From the NCBI GenBank assembly GCA_019352195.1, contig JACAFG010000005.1, forward strand, positions 156,287 to 220,286: a stretch of DNA of 64,000 bases, written 5' to 3'. The notes under the pieces are model-generated. The model did no database searches. It worked only from the letters and a program-made list of their open reading frames with translations, and was not told the DNA's origin. The DNA is from Candidatus Saccharimonadota bacterium. Its GTDB lineage: Bacteria; Patescibacteriota; Saccharimonadia; UBA4664. The position numbers were made by a program, and so were the translations under genes. Below, piece by piece: positions 1 through 10,064 of the stretch. Positions within the stretch are counted from its first letter, which is position 1. Every line of letters starts with the position of its first letter.

Positions 1-1271
1 CCGACAAAGTCATACTCGGCGCGAAGACCATTTTCAAGATAGCGCTTGTAGCTAAAGTGCACGAGCTCAGCGTAGCTCGTGAAAAAAGTGAACGCTGGCG
101 GGTTGGTACCGGTTTGGGTAGCGTATTGAATTTTAGGCTGACGATTTTTGAGACCGGCCGGGGGCTGGCGCTGAACCATTTTTTCAACTAAGCGATTGAG
201 TGGTCCGGTCGTAATAGTTTGGTGGCGACGTTCGGCAATTTCAGTTACGAGTTCTAGGAGCTGGGTAATGTGTAACCCAGTGGTAGCTGAGGTATACAGG
301 AGCGGGGCCCAGGAGGCAAACTGGAAGCTATTTTGGACTTTCGCCGTCATACGACTTTGGGTCTTGTCATCCTTGTCTTCGACCGCGTCCCATTTGTTCA
401 TGACGATAATAAGGCCTTTGCCGGCTTCCAAAATTTGACCAGCGAGATTCATATCGGTGGCGACAATACCGTCGGCGGCATCAAGCACGAGGGCGCAAAT
501 GTCGGCCTCGTTGATGGCGGCCAAGGTGCGCATGCTGCCGTACTTTTCGATACCGGGCTCAATTTTGCCGCGTCGGCGCAAGCCAGCGGTATCCACCAGC
601 TCAATGGTTTGGCCGTGATATTTGAGCTGTTGGCTCGTGGTATCGCGGGTGGTACCGGCAATGTTGGAGACAATGGCTGATTGTTTGCCGATGAGGGTAT
701 TGAGAATGCTTGATTTGCCGACATTGGGACGTCCAATGAGCGCCAATTTTATGGGCGCTTCGGCATTTTCGGGCGGCGTGGCAGGAATTAGTTTGGTGAT
801 TTCGTCGAGCAAATCGCCAGTGCCACGACCATGGATGGCCGAAACGGGGACAATGGTAGGGATTCCGAGACGGCGGAAGCTGTTTTCATCGATGTCGCGA
901 GCCGTGTCGGCTTTGCCCAGCGCCAAAATTACCGGCTTACCCGTTTTGAGTGCGAGGCGCGCGGCGGCCTCGTCTTCGGTGGTAATCATGTTGGCGGCGT
1001 CGACAACGACAATAATGACCGCGGCCGAAGTGGCCACCGAACGAATTTGATCCTGCGCTGCTAGCTCGATTTCGCCTTCGGCGCGGCTGAGACCAGCCGT
1101 GTCCACCATCGTAAAGTGACGGTCACGCCAGCTGACGCCCGCGTAGTTAGCGTCCCTAGTGGTGCCAGCAGTTTCGTGCGTGATAGCCTGACGCAAACCG
1201 ACCAGTCGGTTAAACAGGCTTGATTTGCCCACGTTGGGGCGGCCAACTATAGCGATGAGAGCGGTGCTCAT
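1..1271 (-). CDS. der: Ribosome biogenesis GTPase Der (EngA), C-terminus runs off the window
   Basis: Manual translation from ATG at 1271: MSTALIAIVGRPNVGKSSLFNRL...GTTRD...DTAG; second G-domain GRPNVGKSSILN...GTTRD...DTAG. Confidence 0.95.
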   Translation of the reverse strand, partial: MSTALIAIVGRPNVGKSSLFNRLVGLRQAITHETAGTTRDANYAGVSWRDRHFTMVDTAGLSRAEGEIELAAQDQIRSVATSAAVIIVVVDAANMITTEDEAAARLALKTGKPVILALGKADTARDIDENSFRRLGIPTIVPVSAIHGRGTGDLLDEITKLIPATPPENAEAPIKLALIGRPNVGKSSILNTLIGKQSAIVSNIAGTTRDTTSQQLKYHGQTIELVDTAGLRRRGKIEPGIEKYGSMRTLAAINEADICALVLDAADGIVATDMNLAGQILEAGKGLIIVMNKWDAVEDKDDKTQSRMTAKVQNSFQFASWAPLLYTSATTGLHITQLLELVTEIAERRHQTITTGPLNRLVEKMVQRQPPAGLKNRQPKIQYATQTGTNPPAFTFFTSYAELVHFSYKRYLENGLRAEYDFV

Positions 1272-1314
1272 AATAATGCTCCGGCGATGGCATTGATCTG
1301 CCAATTAAGCAGAT

Positions 1315-2220
1315 TTATAGCCATGTCCAGGTTTGTCCTATCCAGTTAACTAATGATTGCGTTTCGCCAAAGCGGTCGCTCGATCCCAGTACCACGGTAA
1401 TGACTTCGTGGCCGTTTATCTTGGTGAGACCAGCGAAGCATTCGCCGGCGGCTTCGGTGTATCCTGTTTTTATACCATAAAAACGGCCCGTCGCCAAGAG
1501 GTCGTTAGACGCCGTCATCGTAAGCGTTCGGCCCGCGGTATCGGTGACGGTCGTACCTTGTGTATTTATGAGTTGTCGGAAGAGCGGGTTAGTGAGGTCG
1601 AGGCTGGCAATTTTGGCGACGGCAGCTGCCGAAACATCGTTGCCCGTATCGTTGAGTCCGGAAGCACTCGTAAAGTGGGCATTCTTAATTCCCCACTGGG
1701 CGGCGCGTGCGTTCATGGCCGCATAGAATTTGGGCAAGGTGCCGCTTGTGGCTAGCGCCAGCGCGTCCGCGGCGTCATTATCCGATGGAATCAGGGCGGC
1801 CTTGAGGAGGGACATTACGCTTAATTGCTCTCCTGGCATAAGTCCCATGGTTTCATCAACGACATCATACTTCGGTAGGTCGCCGACCGTGACCATTTGG
1901 GTGGGCTTGAGGCTGCCGAGCGCTACCATAACCGTCATGAGCTTGGTGACCGACGCAATGGGACGCGGTTTGTCGGCGTTTTGGGCGTAGAGGACTTGCC
2001 CGCTCGCAACGTCGATGGCGTAGACGCTGGAGGCGCTGTCGAGGCTAAGCGGGGTCGGGCTGGCGGCTGGTATAGGTGCGCTGGGAGATACCGGTAGTGC
2101 GATCACCTGACCAGGCGGCGTCACGGCGGTGGCTAGTTTGGTTTGACTAGCGATACTCAAATGCGGCCACCAGCCGGTGAGCTGGAGCACTAAGGCGGTG
2201 ATTACGGCAATAGCCATCAT
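1315..2220 (-). CDS. D-alanyl-D-alanine carboxypeptidase (peptidase S11)
   Basis: SxxK (SVTK), SDN and KTG motifs; N-terminal hydrophobic segment. Confidence 0.9.
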   Translation of the reverse strand: MMAIAVITALVLQLTGWWPHLSIASQTKLATAVTPPGQVIALPVSPSAPIPAASPTPLSLDSASSVYAIDVASGQVLYAQNADKPRPIASVTKLMTVMVALGSLKPTQMVTVGDLPKYDVVDETMGLMPGEQLSVMSLLKAALIPSDNDAADALALATSGTLPKFYAAMNARAAQWGIKNAHFTSASGLNDTGNDVSAAAVAKIASLDLTNPLFRQLINTQGTTVTDTAGRTLTMTASNDLLATGRFYGIKTGYTEAAGECFAGLTKINGHEVITVVLGSSDRFGETQSLVNWIGQTWTWL

Positions 2221-2873
2221 GGAGTAATGTCCCGCCACTCGCCGGGCGCTAAATCACCGAGCTCGTAGGCGCCGATGCTAAGGCGGTGCAGCTTGGTTAG
2301 TCCATAGCCGAGCGCCCCAAAGGTGCGCCGGAGTTGGCGATTACGCCCCTCTTCGAGTGAAACGGTAATCGTTCGGCCGTCGTGAGCCAGAATTTTTGGT
2401 CGGCTGGGCCCGTCCTCTAGCATAACGCCGGCGGCCAGTTGCGTGAGGTCGGTCTCGGAGAGTTTGTGATCGAGCTCGAGCTCGTAGACTTTTTGCTTGT
2501 CGGCCGAGGGGTGCGACATTTTTAGGATGAAGTCACCATCGTCACTGAGCAGCAGCAGCCCGCTGGAATCGCGATCAAGACGACCAGCGAGTCGCAGCTG
2601 ATGGTCGCTTGTAGGCAGGAGCTCGTAGACAATGGGGTCAGTCCCCTGCTTCTCGCGGCTGGAGACGTAACCAGGCGGTTTGTTGAGGGCCAGGTAGCGA
2701 AACGTCGTTGGTAACGTCAATTTCCTATCATCTAAGCAAACGACTTCATCAGTTATTGGTAGGCCTAAGGTGGCAATGTCACCATTAACCGTGACCCGGC
2801 CGTCTTGGATGGCCATATCGGCAGCGCGGCGGCTGAGGCCGCTGGCTGAGGCAACGTAACGATTGAGCCTCAT
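2217..2873 (-). CDS. rluB: rRNA pseudouridine synthase (RsuA/RluB family)
   Basis: S4 domain MRLNRYVA..SRRAAD; GRLD catalytic motif; EGRNRQLRR; adjacent to scpAB. Confidence 0.85.
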   Translation of the reverse strand: MRLNRYVASASGLSRRAADMAIQDGRVTVNGDIATLGLPITDEVVCLDDRKLTLPTTFRYLALNKPPGYVSSREKQGTDPIVYELLPTSDHQLRLAGRLDRDSSGLLLLSDDGDFILKMSHPSADKQKVYELELDHKLSETDLTQLAAGVMLEDGPSRPKILAHDGRTITVSLEEGRNRQLRRTFGALGYGLTKLHRLSIGAYELGDLAPGEWRDITP

Positions 2874-3382
2874 GAGGCGGGCTCGTCGACATCAAGCGGC
2901 GGTAGGTCGGCGAGACTGGCTAGCCCGACATGTTCGAGAAAACGGTGACTGACCGCGTACTGCATGGGTCGCCCGACGTCGTGGGCTCGCCCCGCTTCGG
3001 TGATGAGTCCGCGTTGGAGCAGGCCACGCAGCATGCTATCGGAGCCGACGCCGCGCAGTTCGTCAATTTGGGTGCGCGTGATGGGTCCGCGGTAAGCGAT
3101 CATAGCGAGGGTTTCTAGCGCGGCACGGCTGAGGTCGCTGCGGGACTCGGCGCTGAGATAGCGCTTGATGGCACTGGCGGCGACTGGGGCGGTGACGAGC
3201 TGCCACTGCTGGTTATGAGATTGCAGGAGTAGCCCGGTACCAATTAAGCTGCGACCGAGCTCGTCCACGGCGGCCAATACGTCTTCTTCGCCCGCCTCGG
3301 TGGCCGCAATGAGTGATGGGAGGCCCAATGGTTCGGCTGAGACAAAGAGAATGGCTTCGATGCTTGCGGCAAGTTCAGACAT
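2870..3382 (-). CDS. scpB: SMC-Scp complex subunit ScpB
   Basis: IEAILFVS, LSRAALETLAMIAYRGPITR, RGV motifs. Confidence 0.95.
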   Translation of the reverse strand: MSELAASIEAILFVSAEPLGLPSLIAATEAGEEDVLAAVDELGRSLIGTGLLLQSHNQQWQLVTAPVAASAIKRYLSAESRSDLSRAALETLAMIAYRGPITRTQIDELRGVGSDSMLRGLLQRGLITEAGRAHDVGRPMQYAVSHRFLEHVGLASLADLPPLDVDEPAS

Positions 3383-4064
3383 GGATAGGCTCCACCATAA
3401 TGGGTTGAAATTGGGCGGTTTGCGTTACGCGGCTGCGGCCGCTGCGGATGAGTTCGAGCAGCGCCGAAAACGTTACCACGACTTCGAGACGGTCGGTAAG
3501 GTCGGCCAGTAAATGACTGAGTTCAAAAGCCCCGAGACTGAGGCGGTGTTCGAGTTTTTTGAGCACCTCGGCCTGTGACAATTGCGCACTAATGACACGG
3601 CTTGGTTTGGCAGGTTCGAGGCGTGCCAGCGCCGTTTGAAAAGCGGCCGCCAGTTCAGTGATATCAATTTCTGGCAAAGGCAGTTCTTCACGGCTTAATT
3701 TGGCAGCGACGGGTCGGTGCCAAGATGGGGTGTTGGTCCGGGTTGCCAGCACTTTGGCGGCCGCCTGATAGCGTTTATATTCGGCGAGTTCGCGGGTTAA
3801 TTCACGCAGTTCGTCAGCTTGGTCATCGGTTTCGGCCAGTGGCAGCAAAGCCCGGCTTTTGATGTACACCAATCGTGAACCGAGCTGCAGAAAATCGCCT
3901 AAAGCTTCGGGCGTGAGCCCCTCGAGTTCGGCGATTTGCTGGAGATATTGGTTGGTAATTGCCGCCACAGCAATATCAGTCACTGGCATCTGATTACGCT
4001 CAACGAGCTCGAGCAACAGCGCAAGCGGACCTTCAAACTGATTAATTACGATGGATGGCGGCAT
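3375..4064 (-). CDS. scpA: Segregation and condensation protein ScpA
   Basis: FEGPLALLLELV N-terminus, IKSRALLP, VVTFSALLELI C-terminus. Confidence 0.95.
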   Translation of the reverse strand: MPPSIVINQFEGPLALLLELVERNQMPVTDIAVAAITNQYLQQIAELEGLTPEALGDFLQLGSRLVYIKSRALLPLAETDDQADELRELTRELAEYKRYQAAAKVLATRTNTPSWHRPVAAKLSREELPLPEIDITELAAAFQTALARLEPAKPSRVISAQLSQAEVLKKLEHRLSLGAFELSHLLADLTDRLEVVVTFSALLELIRSGRSRVTQTAQFQPIMVEPIHV

Positions 4065-4126
4065 CACAAAACCCTTATCGTACAAATATTGCGGGGCGAC
4101 TTACCCATTTGACGCGAGCCAAAAAC

Positions 4127-4501
4127 CTAAGCGATGGCGCCGAGTTCTTGTTTGACGGCGTTGACGACGTCTTCGAGGGTAACTTGGCTTTTAATCAGGT
4201 ATTTGTTTACACCCAAACTTTCACCGCGCTGACGGTCGGTGTCTTGAGACAACGCGGTCATCATAATTACCTTGGTCTCTTTCGTTTCAGGAGTAGAACG
4301 CAAGATGTCGAGCACGTCGAAACCGGAGATTTTTGGCATCATAACATCGAGTACGATAAGGTCCGGACGCTCGCGGACCGCTGTGGCCAAAGCCTCTTCG
4401 CCGTCGCTTGCGGTAATTACTTGATAATTTTCGGCAGCAAACCGCGCGGAGTAAATTTCGCGTAGGTTTGTGTCATCTTCAACCAACATTACTTTAGCCA
4501 T
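4127..4501 (-). CDS. Single-domain response regulator
   Basis: LVEDD, DLIVLDVMMP, conserved T and K of receiver fold. Confidence 0.9.
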   Translation of the reverse strand: MAKVMLVEDDTNLREIYSARFAAENYQVITASDGEEALATAVRERPDLIVLDVMMPKISGFDVLDILRSTPETKETKVIMMTALSQDTDRQRGESLGVNKYLIKSQVTLEDVVNAVKQELGAIA

Positions 4502-4544
4502 AATAGATATACTCTAACCTTTTTACTTATGCTTATGCAAGCGT

Positions 4545-6389
4545 TTAACTAAGCCGTCGATCGGTTTTGTGAGCTTCAGGCTGAAGTTCGGGGACAGGCA
4601 TGGCGATAGGGGTAACGGGGACTACAGGCGGCGGAACCGTGGGAACTTGGGCCACGGCTGCGGCCGCCGGCATGACGCGGGCCGCAGCTTCGCCGTCGGC
4701 GGAGGCGGCTTCGGCGGAGGCGGCAACTCGGACGAGCTCTTTGGCTTCCGCCTCGCTTAGGCGCGGTAACGAAATATGGAAGGTAGAGCCCTTACCTGGC
4801 TCCCCTTCGACCCATATCCGTCCGTTAAACAATTCCACCAGGGTGCGGCATAAGTATAATCCAAGTCCGGTACCACCAATGGTGCGGGTAGCCGAGTTGT
4901 CGATGCGATAAAACTTTTGAAACAAATGCGGAATATCCTCTTTGGCAATACCAACCCCGGTGTCGGCGACGCTAATCTCGACCGCTTTATTATCGCCGGC
5001 CAGGCTGACGGTAATACCGCCCTCGGCCGTAAACTTGATTGAGTTATCGATGAGGTTCATCACGACCTCTCGGAGCCGCTCGCTGCTCGCGCCGACATAG
5101 TAGATCGGCGAAATTTGTTTACCAGCGCTGGAGGCAAGTTGTAGTACCAAAGTGAGATTTTTCTTCGCGGCTACAAATTGCATGTCGCCGACCGCGCCTT
5201 CGAGGAGCTTACCGACATCGACTGGTTCAATTTTACCGATGAGCTTACCCTCTTCGGCTTTGGTCACACTTAGAAGGTCGCGGAAGAGTTCGCCGAGATG
5301 CTGAATAGTCTCATGGGCCTTGGTGAGATACTTCATGGCGCGGTCGTCGATGGTAGCGACATTGGCGTTCATGGCAAGCGATATATAGCCTTCGATGGCA
5401 GCCACTGGGGTACGCATTTCGTGTGAGGCTGTACTGACAAATTCCTCTTTTTGACGCTCCACGGCTTTTTCGCGACTGATATCACGAAACAGCGCAATGG
5501 CGCCCGTGACATGACCGCTGGAATCGGCGATCGGCGAAACCGACAAACTGAGTTGAATTTTGCGGCCCGCGTGAGTGGTCATAACGAGATCATCGCGGAC
5601 CACCAGTTGATTGGTCGTAATGGCAGCGGTAAACGGATCCGAACCGGCAATCAGTTCGTGCTCGTCAGCGGTGTGGAGCTGAAGCACCAGGTTGTAATCG
5701 ATGCCAACCGCGGTGTCTTGATCCCAGCCGGTCAGGAGGCCGGCCGCCTTGTTAAACAGGCCAATTTTGTTACTGACATCGACCACAATAACGCCTTCGC
5801 CGATGCTGCCCATGAGTACCTGCGCCTTGAGCTGCTCTTCACTGAGCTTACCCGACAACGACGCGAGCTTGGTGGTAGCAGCGGCGGCTCGCCGTGAACG
5901 CCGATGGACCCATTCGGCCAGAGCGCCGGCGGCTAGGGTAATAAATAGTTCAACGGAATGATCGCCCAGATTGCGTCCATTGCTAAGAATGAAAGCCCCG
6001 GCAAAGTAAGCGAGCGTAATCCCGAGCACAGCCAAGGTTTCGTTAGCGCCAAAGACGCCGGCGCCCACGATGGCTAGCAGCCATAAGGCGTAATAAGGTG
6101 AATCGAGACCGCCCGTTGAGATAATGACCAAAATAAAATTGATGGCAACGAGCACCGTGAGGATCATGGTCGAGCCGGCACGCCATTTTTTGCTTAAGAG
6201 TTGATGCAGCGAGATAAAGTAGCCCACCACTGCCAAGCCAAGCAAGGCAGTTGCAAGTGACAGGCCAGTGTCGCTTAAAAGCGACGGCCGTAGCCCGTAC
6301 ATTGCAAAAATGACAACGGCAACTGTGCCCGATGCCACCGCTAAAATACGGCCAAGGAGGATGAGATTTCGCTGTTGTTGATCCACCAT
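4545..6389 (-). CDS. Membrane PAS-domain sensor histidine kinase
   Basis: Several TM helices, PAS, H-box SHEMRTP, N-box NLIDNSIKF, G-boxes DTGVG and GTGLGL. Confidence 0.92.
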   Translation of the reverse strand: MVDQQQRNLILLGRILAVASGTVAVVIFAMYGLRPSLLSDTGLSLATALLGLAVVGYFISLHQLLSKKWRAGSTMILTVLVAINFILVIISTGGLDSPYYALWLLAIVGAGVFGANETLAVLGITLAYFAGAFILSNGRNLGDHSVELFITLAAGALAEWVHRRSRRAAAATTKLASLSGKLSEEQLKAQVLMGSIGEGVIVVDVSNKIGLFNKAAGLLTGWDQDTAVGIDYNLVLQLHTADEHELIAGSDPFTAAITTNQLVVRDDLVMTTHAGRKIQLSLSVSPIADSSGHVTGAIALFRDISREKAVERQKEEFVSTASHEMRTPVAAIEGYISLAMNANVATIDDRAMKYLTKAHETIQHLGELFRDLLSVTKAEEGKLIGKIEPVDVGKLLEGAVGDMQFVAAKKNLTLVLQLASSAGKQISPIYYVGASSERLREVVMNLIDNSIKFTAEGGITVSLAGDNKAVEISVADTGVGIAKEDIPHLFQKFYRIDNSATRTIGGTGLGLYLCRTLVELFNGRIWVEGEPGKGSTFHISLPRLSEAEAKELVRVAASAEAASADGEAAARVMPAAAAVAQVPTVPPPVVPVTPIAMPVPELQPEAHKTDRRLS

Positions 6390-6491
6390 GATGCTTACGC
6401 TTAAGTATGCTCGGCTCAGCCATAATTGGCAAGCCTGAACCTAGACAGTGCTGCCTAAAGCTGTTAACGTATTATGGTCTTTGCGGACTGT

Positions 6492-6567
6492 GGTCCCGTC
6501 GTCTAGCGGTTAGGACATCCCCCTCTCACGGGGAAGATCAGGGGTTCGAATCCCCTCGGGACTACCA
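6492..6567 (+). tRNA. tRNA-Glu(CTC)
   Basis: Cloverleaf: acceptor GGTCCCG/CGGGACT, anticodon loop CT-CTC-AC, T-arm AGGGG TTCGAAT CCCCT, encoded CCA. Confidence 0.96.
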
Positions 6568-6595
6568 GAAATTATTTTGGGCTCTGCGTAGCCAT

Positions 6596-7440
6596 TTAAA
6601 TAGACAATGTATTTCGAATATTGCGAAGCTCTCTCTCGATGCCGGCGTTATTTTGCTGGTTAACGTAGAATGACAGACCCGAAATAGGCAGGGCTCGAAA
6701 CCGAAGATTTACCTTGTGAACCAGGTTTTTGTCGGCGCTGTAGGCACTCAATGCAGCGTTGCGGATGGTGTCATCCCATAGGTTGCTAAAATCCTTAGAC
6801 TGGTCATAGTACCTAGCGTCTCCAAAGTCGATGACCCCGATTTGGTCGTGAGTATCAATGAGGATGTTATTTAGCAGCAAGTCTCCGTGACAAAATTTAG
6901 GTACGTACCCAAGTTTTGTTATTTCCTCGGGCAGCTCTTTATAGTAAAACCGTTTGAGCACTGCTCGCTCCGTTTTTGTGAATGCCGCCTCTATATACGC
7001 TAAGCCTCGTTGGTAATCATCTTGATATTTGGCAATTTCTTGCTGGAGCGTAGTATGCGGCATTTCTGTAGGCTTGAGCTCATGGAGTTGATCTAAAAAT
7101 CGTCCGAGAGAGGCTCCGATCTGCTCTTTTTGAGGTGTAGTAAGCTGCGTTATGCGGCTCTTAATACTCAAGCCTGGGACGCCGATATATCCAAACCAGG
7201 CGGACTGCGGGCCTTCCCATTTGACGATAGGGGTTCGAAGCCAAAGGCGTACTGACTCAAGCAGGTTTAGGACAGCGATTTCTTTCTTGTATTTTTTGCA
7301 GCTACATCTGTGCGCGGGAACTTGAAGATGTATTCATTATCATTGATGGTGTATGCGCGACTATCCCCCCCTCGGTGATGAGCTGGATGCTGCTATTACT
7401 GTTAAGTTTGAGAACACGCTGGATGGTGGCCGATTCATTT
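6596..7440 (-). pseudogene. Aminoglycoside phosphotransferase-like kinase; 5' part broken by two frameshifts
   Basis: HGDLLLNNILI and IDFGD motifs in 6596-7171; the upstream APH-like N-lobe (EGGDSRAY..YIFKFPR..KKEIAVL) is restored by adding one base in each homopolymer near 7365 and 7295. Confidence 0.7.
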
Positions 7441-7471
7441 ATGATTGCATCTGACTCGGTTTGGTGGGAGA

Positions 7472-7798
7472 TCAAGAAAAGAACTCCCGCAGTCCATGGA
7501 GTACTTGCGCGCCCGTCAATGTGTCTACTTGGCCAATTCGACTCATCAAGCGCTGCTTGTCGATTACCCGTACTTGGTCTGTTGCTGCCTGACCGTCCTG
7601 GCCGCCAAATGTCAGGTTTGTCCTTGCCGTGTATTGATGCCTGGAGCTCGTCATCGGAACGACAACGACAGTGTTGAGATGACGATTTGCTTCGTCTGGT
7701 GACACGATGATGCAAGGCCTGGTTTTTTGGAATTCTGAGCCTAAGCTGGGATCGAGTGGAACGGTCCAAATATCGAAACGCTTGGCTACCATTGCCAT
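7472..7798 (-). CDS. MazF/PemK-family toxin
   Basis: DIWTVPLDPSLGSEFQKTRPCIIVS, VVVPMTS, DQVRVIDKQRL. Confidence 0.93.
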   Translation of the reverse strand: MAMVAKRFDIWTVPLDPSLGSEFQKTRPCIIVSPDEANRHLNTVVVVPMTSSRHQYTARTNLTFGGQDGQAATDQVRVIDKQRLMSRIGQVDTLTGAQVLHGLREFFS

Positions 7799-8043
7799 TC
7801 GCTCTTGTCCCACTCAGATGCTGGTTGCTCACCGATGAGGAGGCTATCCTCGCCGTTTTTGGCCATTTGTACGTAGGACTCTTCCCGGCCCACGCGGGTA
7901 TGTTGTAATGGGCGAATTACTAGCTCGTTATGAACCGTTATGAGTTCGACTTCTCCGCTCAAGCCCGTCTCATCAAGAGCTTTTTTTGGTAGTCTAATCC
8001 CCCGGGAATTACCTATTTGGATAATTTTGGCGGTTGTCTTCAT
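7786..8043 (-). CDS. AbrB/MazE-family antitoxin
   Basis: IIQIGNSRGIRLPK; overlaps toxin start. Confidence 0.92.
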   Translation of the reverse strand: MKTTAKIIQIGNSRGIRLPKKALDETGLSGEVELITVHNELVIRPLQHTRVGREESYVQMAKNGEDSLLIGEQPASEWDKSEWQW

Positions 8044-8163
8044 GCACCGAGAATAGCTTGTAGACAATGTAATTACAAGTAGTTCCGTCTAACTATTACG
8101 CTCATCGCCGATGCCAAGTTCCTCGAGTCGATCACTCAATTTGGTCAATCTGGGCCATAACGG

Positions 8164-8206
8164 GTTCCACAATTGGGACGTTGGGTCTACTAATGCACTT
8201 ATGCTT
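8164..8206 (+). repeat. tRNA-Glu array junction (att-like), copy 1
   Basis: GTTCCACAATTGGGACGTTGGGTCTACTAATGCACTTATGCTT; near-identical to 9368-9410; contains a variant of the tRNA-Glu 3' end GGGACTACCA. Confidence 0.85.
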
Positions 8207-8693
8207 GTTACGTCCGTGGTGTTTATTCTTCTATGAAGCGCTTGTTATTGAGCATATCAGTGGGTATATCGCCATTGGCCGGAATTTCGGCAATCAAATT
8301 CATCTATGTCGACCAGCCTGCATTCAAGGCTGAATTATAAGTGTGCTTCAAGGATCCACTTTGTGAGCCTTCGCCCAACCTCCTAGTCGGTTATCCATGG
8401 GCAATAGATAATTACGACGATAGCTCTAGTACGCTGCAAATACTGTCATGGGTAAGCCGATCTGGTGAAATGTATGGCCAGAGTCCAACACGCTTCTGGG
8501 TCGGTGCGCTGGGTAACTTTTTGCTTTACGGGACAATTTCCTTTGGCTGCCAAAACTACTACGCAAGAATAAATAAACTCCCCTTTTCTTTAGCGGTACA
8601 TTTTGTGCCAGTGCACCACTTCTGCTCTGATCTCCTTCCGACACGATGACAATAGGTTTACTTGTTCAAACATTCGTTTTGATGCGCTCGGTA

Positions 8694-8984
8694 TTACTTT
8701 CGGTATTCTTTGCTATGCCATACTCGAATGACCACAGGGATGCCTTCGGTTTCAAGCATATATCTAAGCACATAGGCTCCAGCGCCAAAGGCCACAAATA
8801 ACTCACGTCGGCCAGTGTCATCCGGCATGGGCCGTCCCAAGCGAGGCGAGGTAGCAAGCAGTCGTGAACCCTGTAGGATACAATCAGCTGCACGGGTGGC
8901 GGCTTCAATGTCTTTGTCTTTTAAGAAGGAGTAAAGCCGCTCGACATCAGCGATTGCTTCAGGAAGCCATTTTACTTTGGCCAC
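8694..8984 (-). CDS. RelE/ParE-family toxin
   Basis: VKWLPEAIADVERL..., PRLGR, YVLRY, IRVWHSKE. Confidence 0.9.
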   Translation of the reverse strand: MAKVKWLPEAIADVERLYSFLKDKDIEAATRAADCILQGSRLLATSPRLGRPMPDDTGRRELFVAFGAGAYVLRYMLETEGIPVVIRVWHSKEYRK

Positions 8985-9241
8985 GAAGTTTCCTTGTTCT
9001 GGGTGAGCTCAGTCAGCCAGTTTTCGACTGTTTCGCCATCGACGGCATTGCCGGTCGTGAGGTAGCGATTCCACCTGGCCATATCGTCAGATCTTTCGTT
9101 CTCGTAATGCTCTTCATGATCCAGATATTTTTCAATCGCTGTGCGCATCAACCAGTGTGATGATCGGCTTTTCTTTTCCGCCAACGCTTTAAGCCTTGAG
9201 AGTGTTTTGTCGTCTAGTTTTATGCCCTGGGTAGTGGCCAT
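8972..9241 (-). CDS. CopG/RHH antitoxin
   Basis: GIKLDDKTLSRLKALAEKKSRSSHWLMRTAIEKYL ribbon-helix-helix; overlaps toxin. Confidence 0.88.
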   Translation of the reverse strand: MATTQGIKLDDKTLSRLKALAEKKSRSSHWLMRTAIEKYLDHEEHYENERSDDMARWNRYLTTGNAVDGETVENWLTELTQNKETSWPK

Positions 9242-9367
9242 TGATCTTCTCCCTAATGATTGAATGGTAGCGCTTTTCGCAACCGAACGCAACCCGATCG
9301 AAAGCCTTCATGTGATGCCGAGTTTTACTAGACACTCGCTCATTTGAACTAAACCAGGCCGTAGCGT

Positions 9368-9410
9368 GTTCCACAATCGGGACGTTGGGACTACCAATGC
9401 ACTCGTGCTT
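9368..9410 (+). repeat. tRNA-Glu array junction (att-like), copy 2
   Basis: GTTCCACAATCGGGACGTTGGGACTACCAATGCACTCGTGCTT; exact GGGACTACCA of the tRNA-Glu 3' end. Confidence 0.88.
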
Positions 9411-10064
9411 ATATTAAGACTCTGCGGAGCTTTGTATCATAGTTAACATAAATTATTTTAGATTGTCGCTCATATTGCAGCGATTTGGCCAATCGGGTGA
9501 AAGTATGCTTGTTGTAAGATGCACGGTTTTAACGAATGTTGATGTTCGTCGGCATTGAACCGCGACAGGTGCCGGCGTTCGTAGAACTCTCCTGTCACCA
9601 AATGACTTTTTAATCATAAGCGTTTTGGCAGTGCCAAGTAACGTTTTTTCCTTGGCGAAGACAAAAACTAGGTTAATTCATCTATCTCAAAACTTAGATC
9701 GAGCAAACATTATGAGGCTCTTCATTGCCCATGCGGGTCCTGCGCCTTGGGCCTTGGCATGCGCAGACTAATTTTCCGTAAAATACCCACCGCCGGAATC
9801 ATTGAATTATGGCTATCAAAATACCCACTTATACCACTTTGTGCCATCGTTGAGCCCTAAACGATTCCCCCTATCATGAAAGGGCGAATTTGTTATGTCA
9901 TCTAAAGAACATGCTATTTTCGTTTAACATTTTTAGAATATCTACCAATTGTACGTGGGTGGGTAGTAAGGTAGTCTTCATCCTCGTGTGGCAGATATTT
10001 GTTGCACTCGGAGGGTGGTATTTATGCATTTATTGTGCCAACTCTCTGATAAGAAAGGAGCAGA

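Noticed and set aside
8210-8690. Short ORFs between Glu junction 1 and RelE, and in 9420-9980
   Set aside because: No recognisable motifs or good starts; probably decayed cargo.
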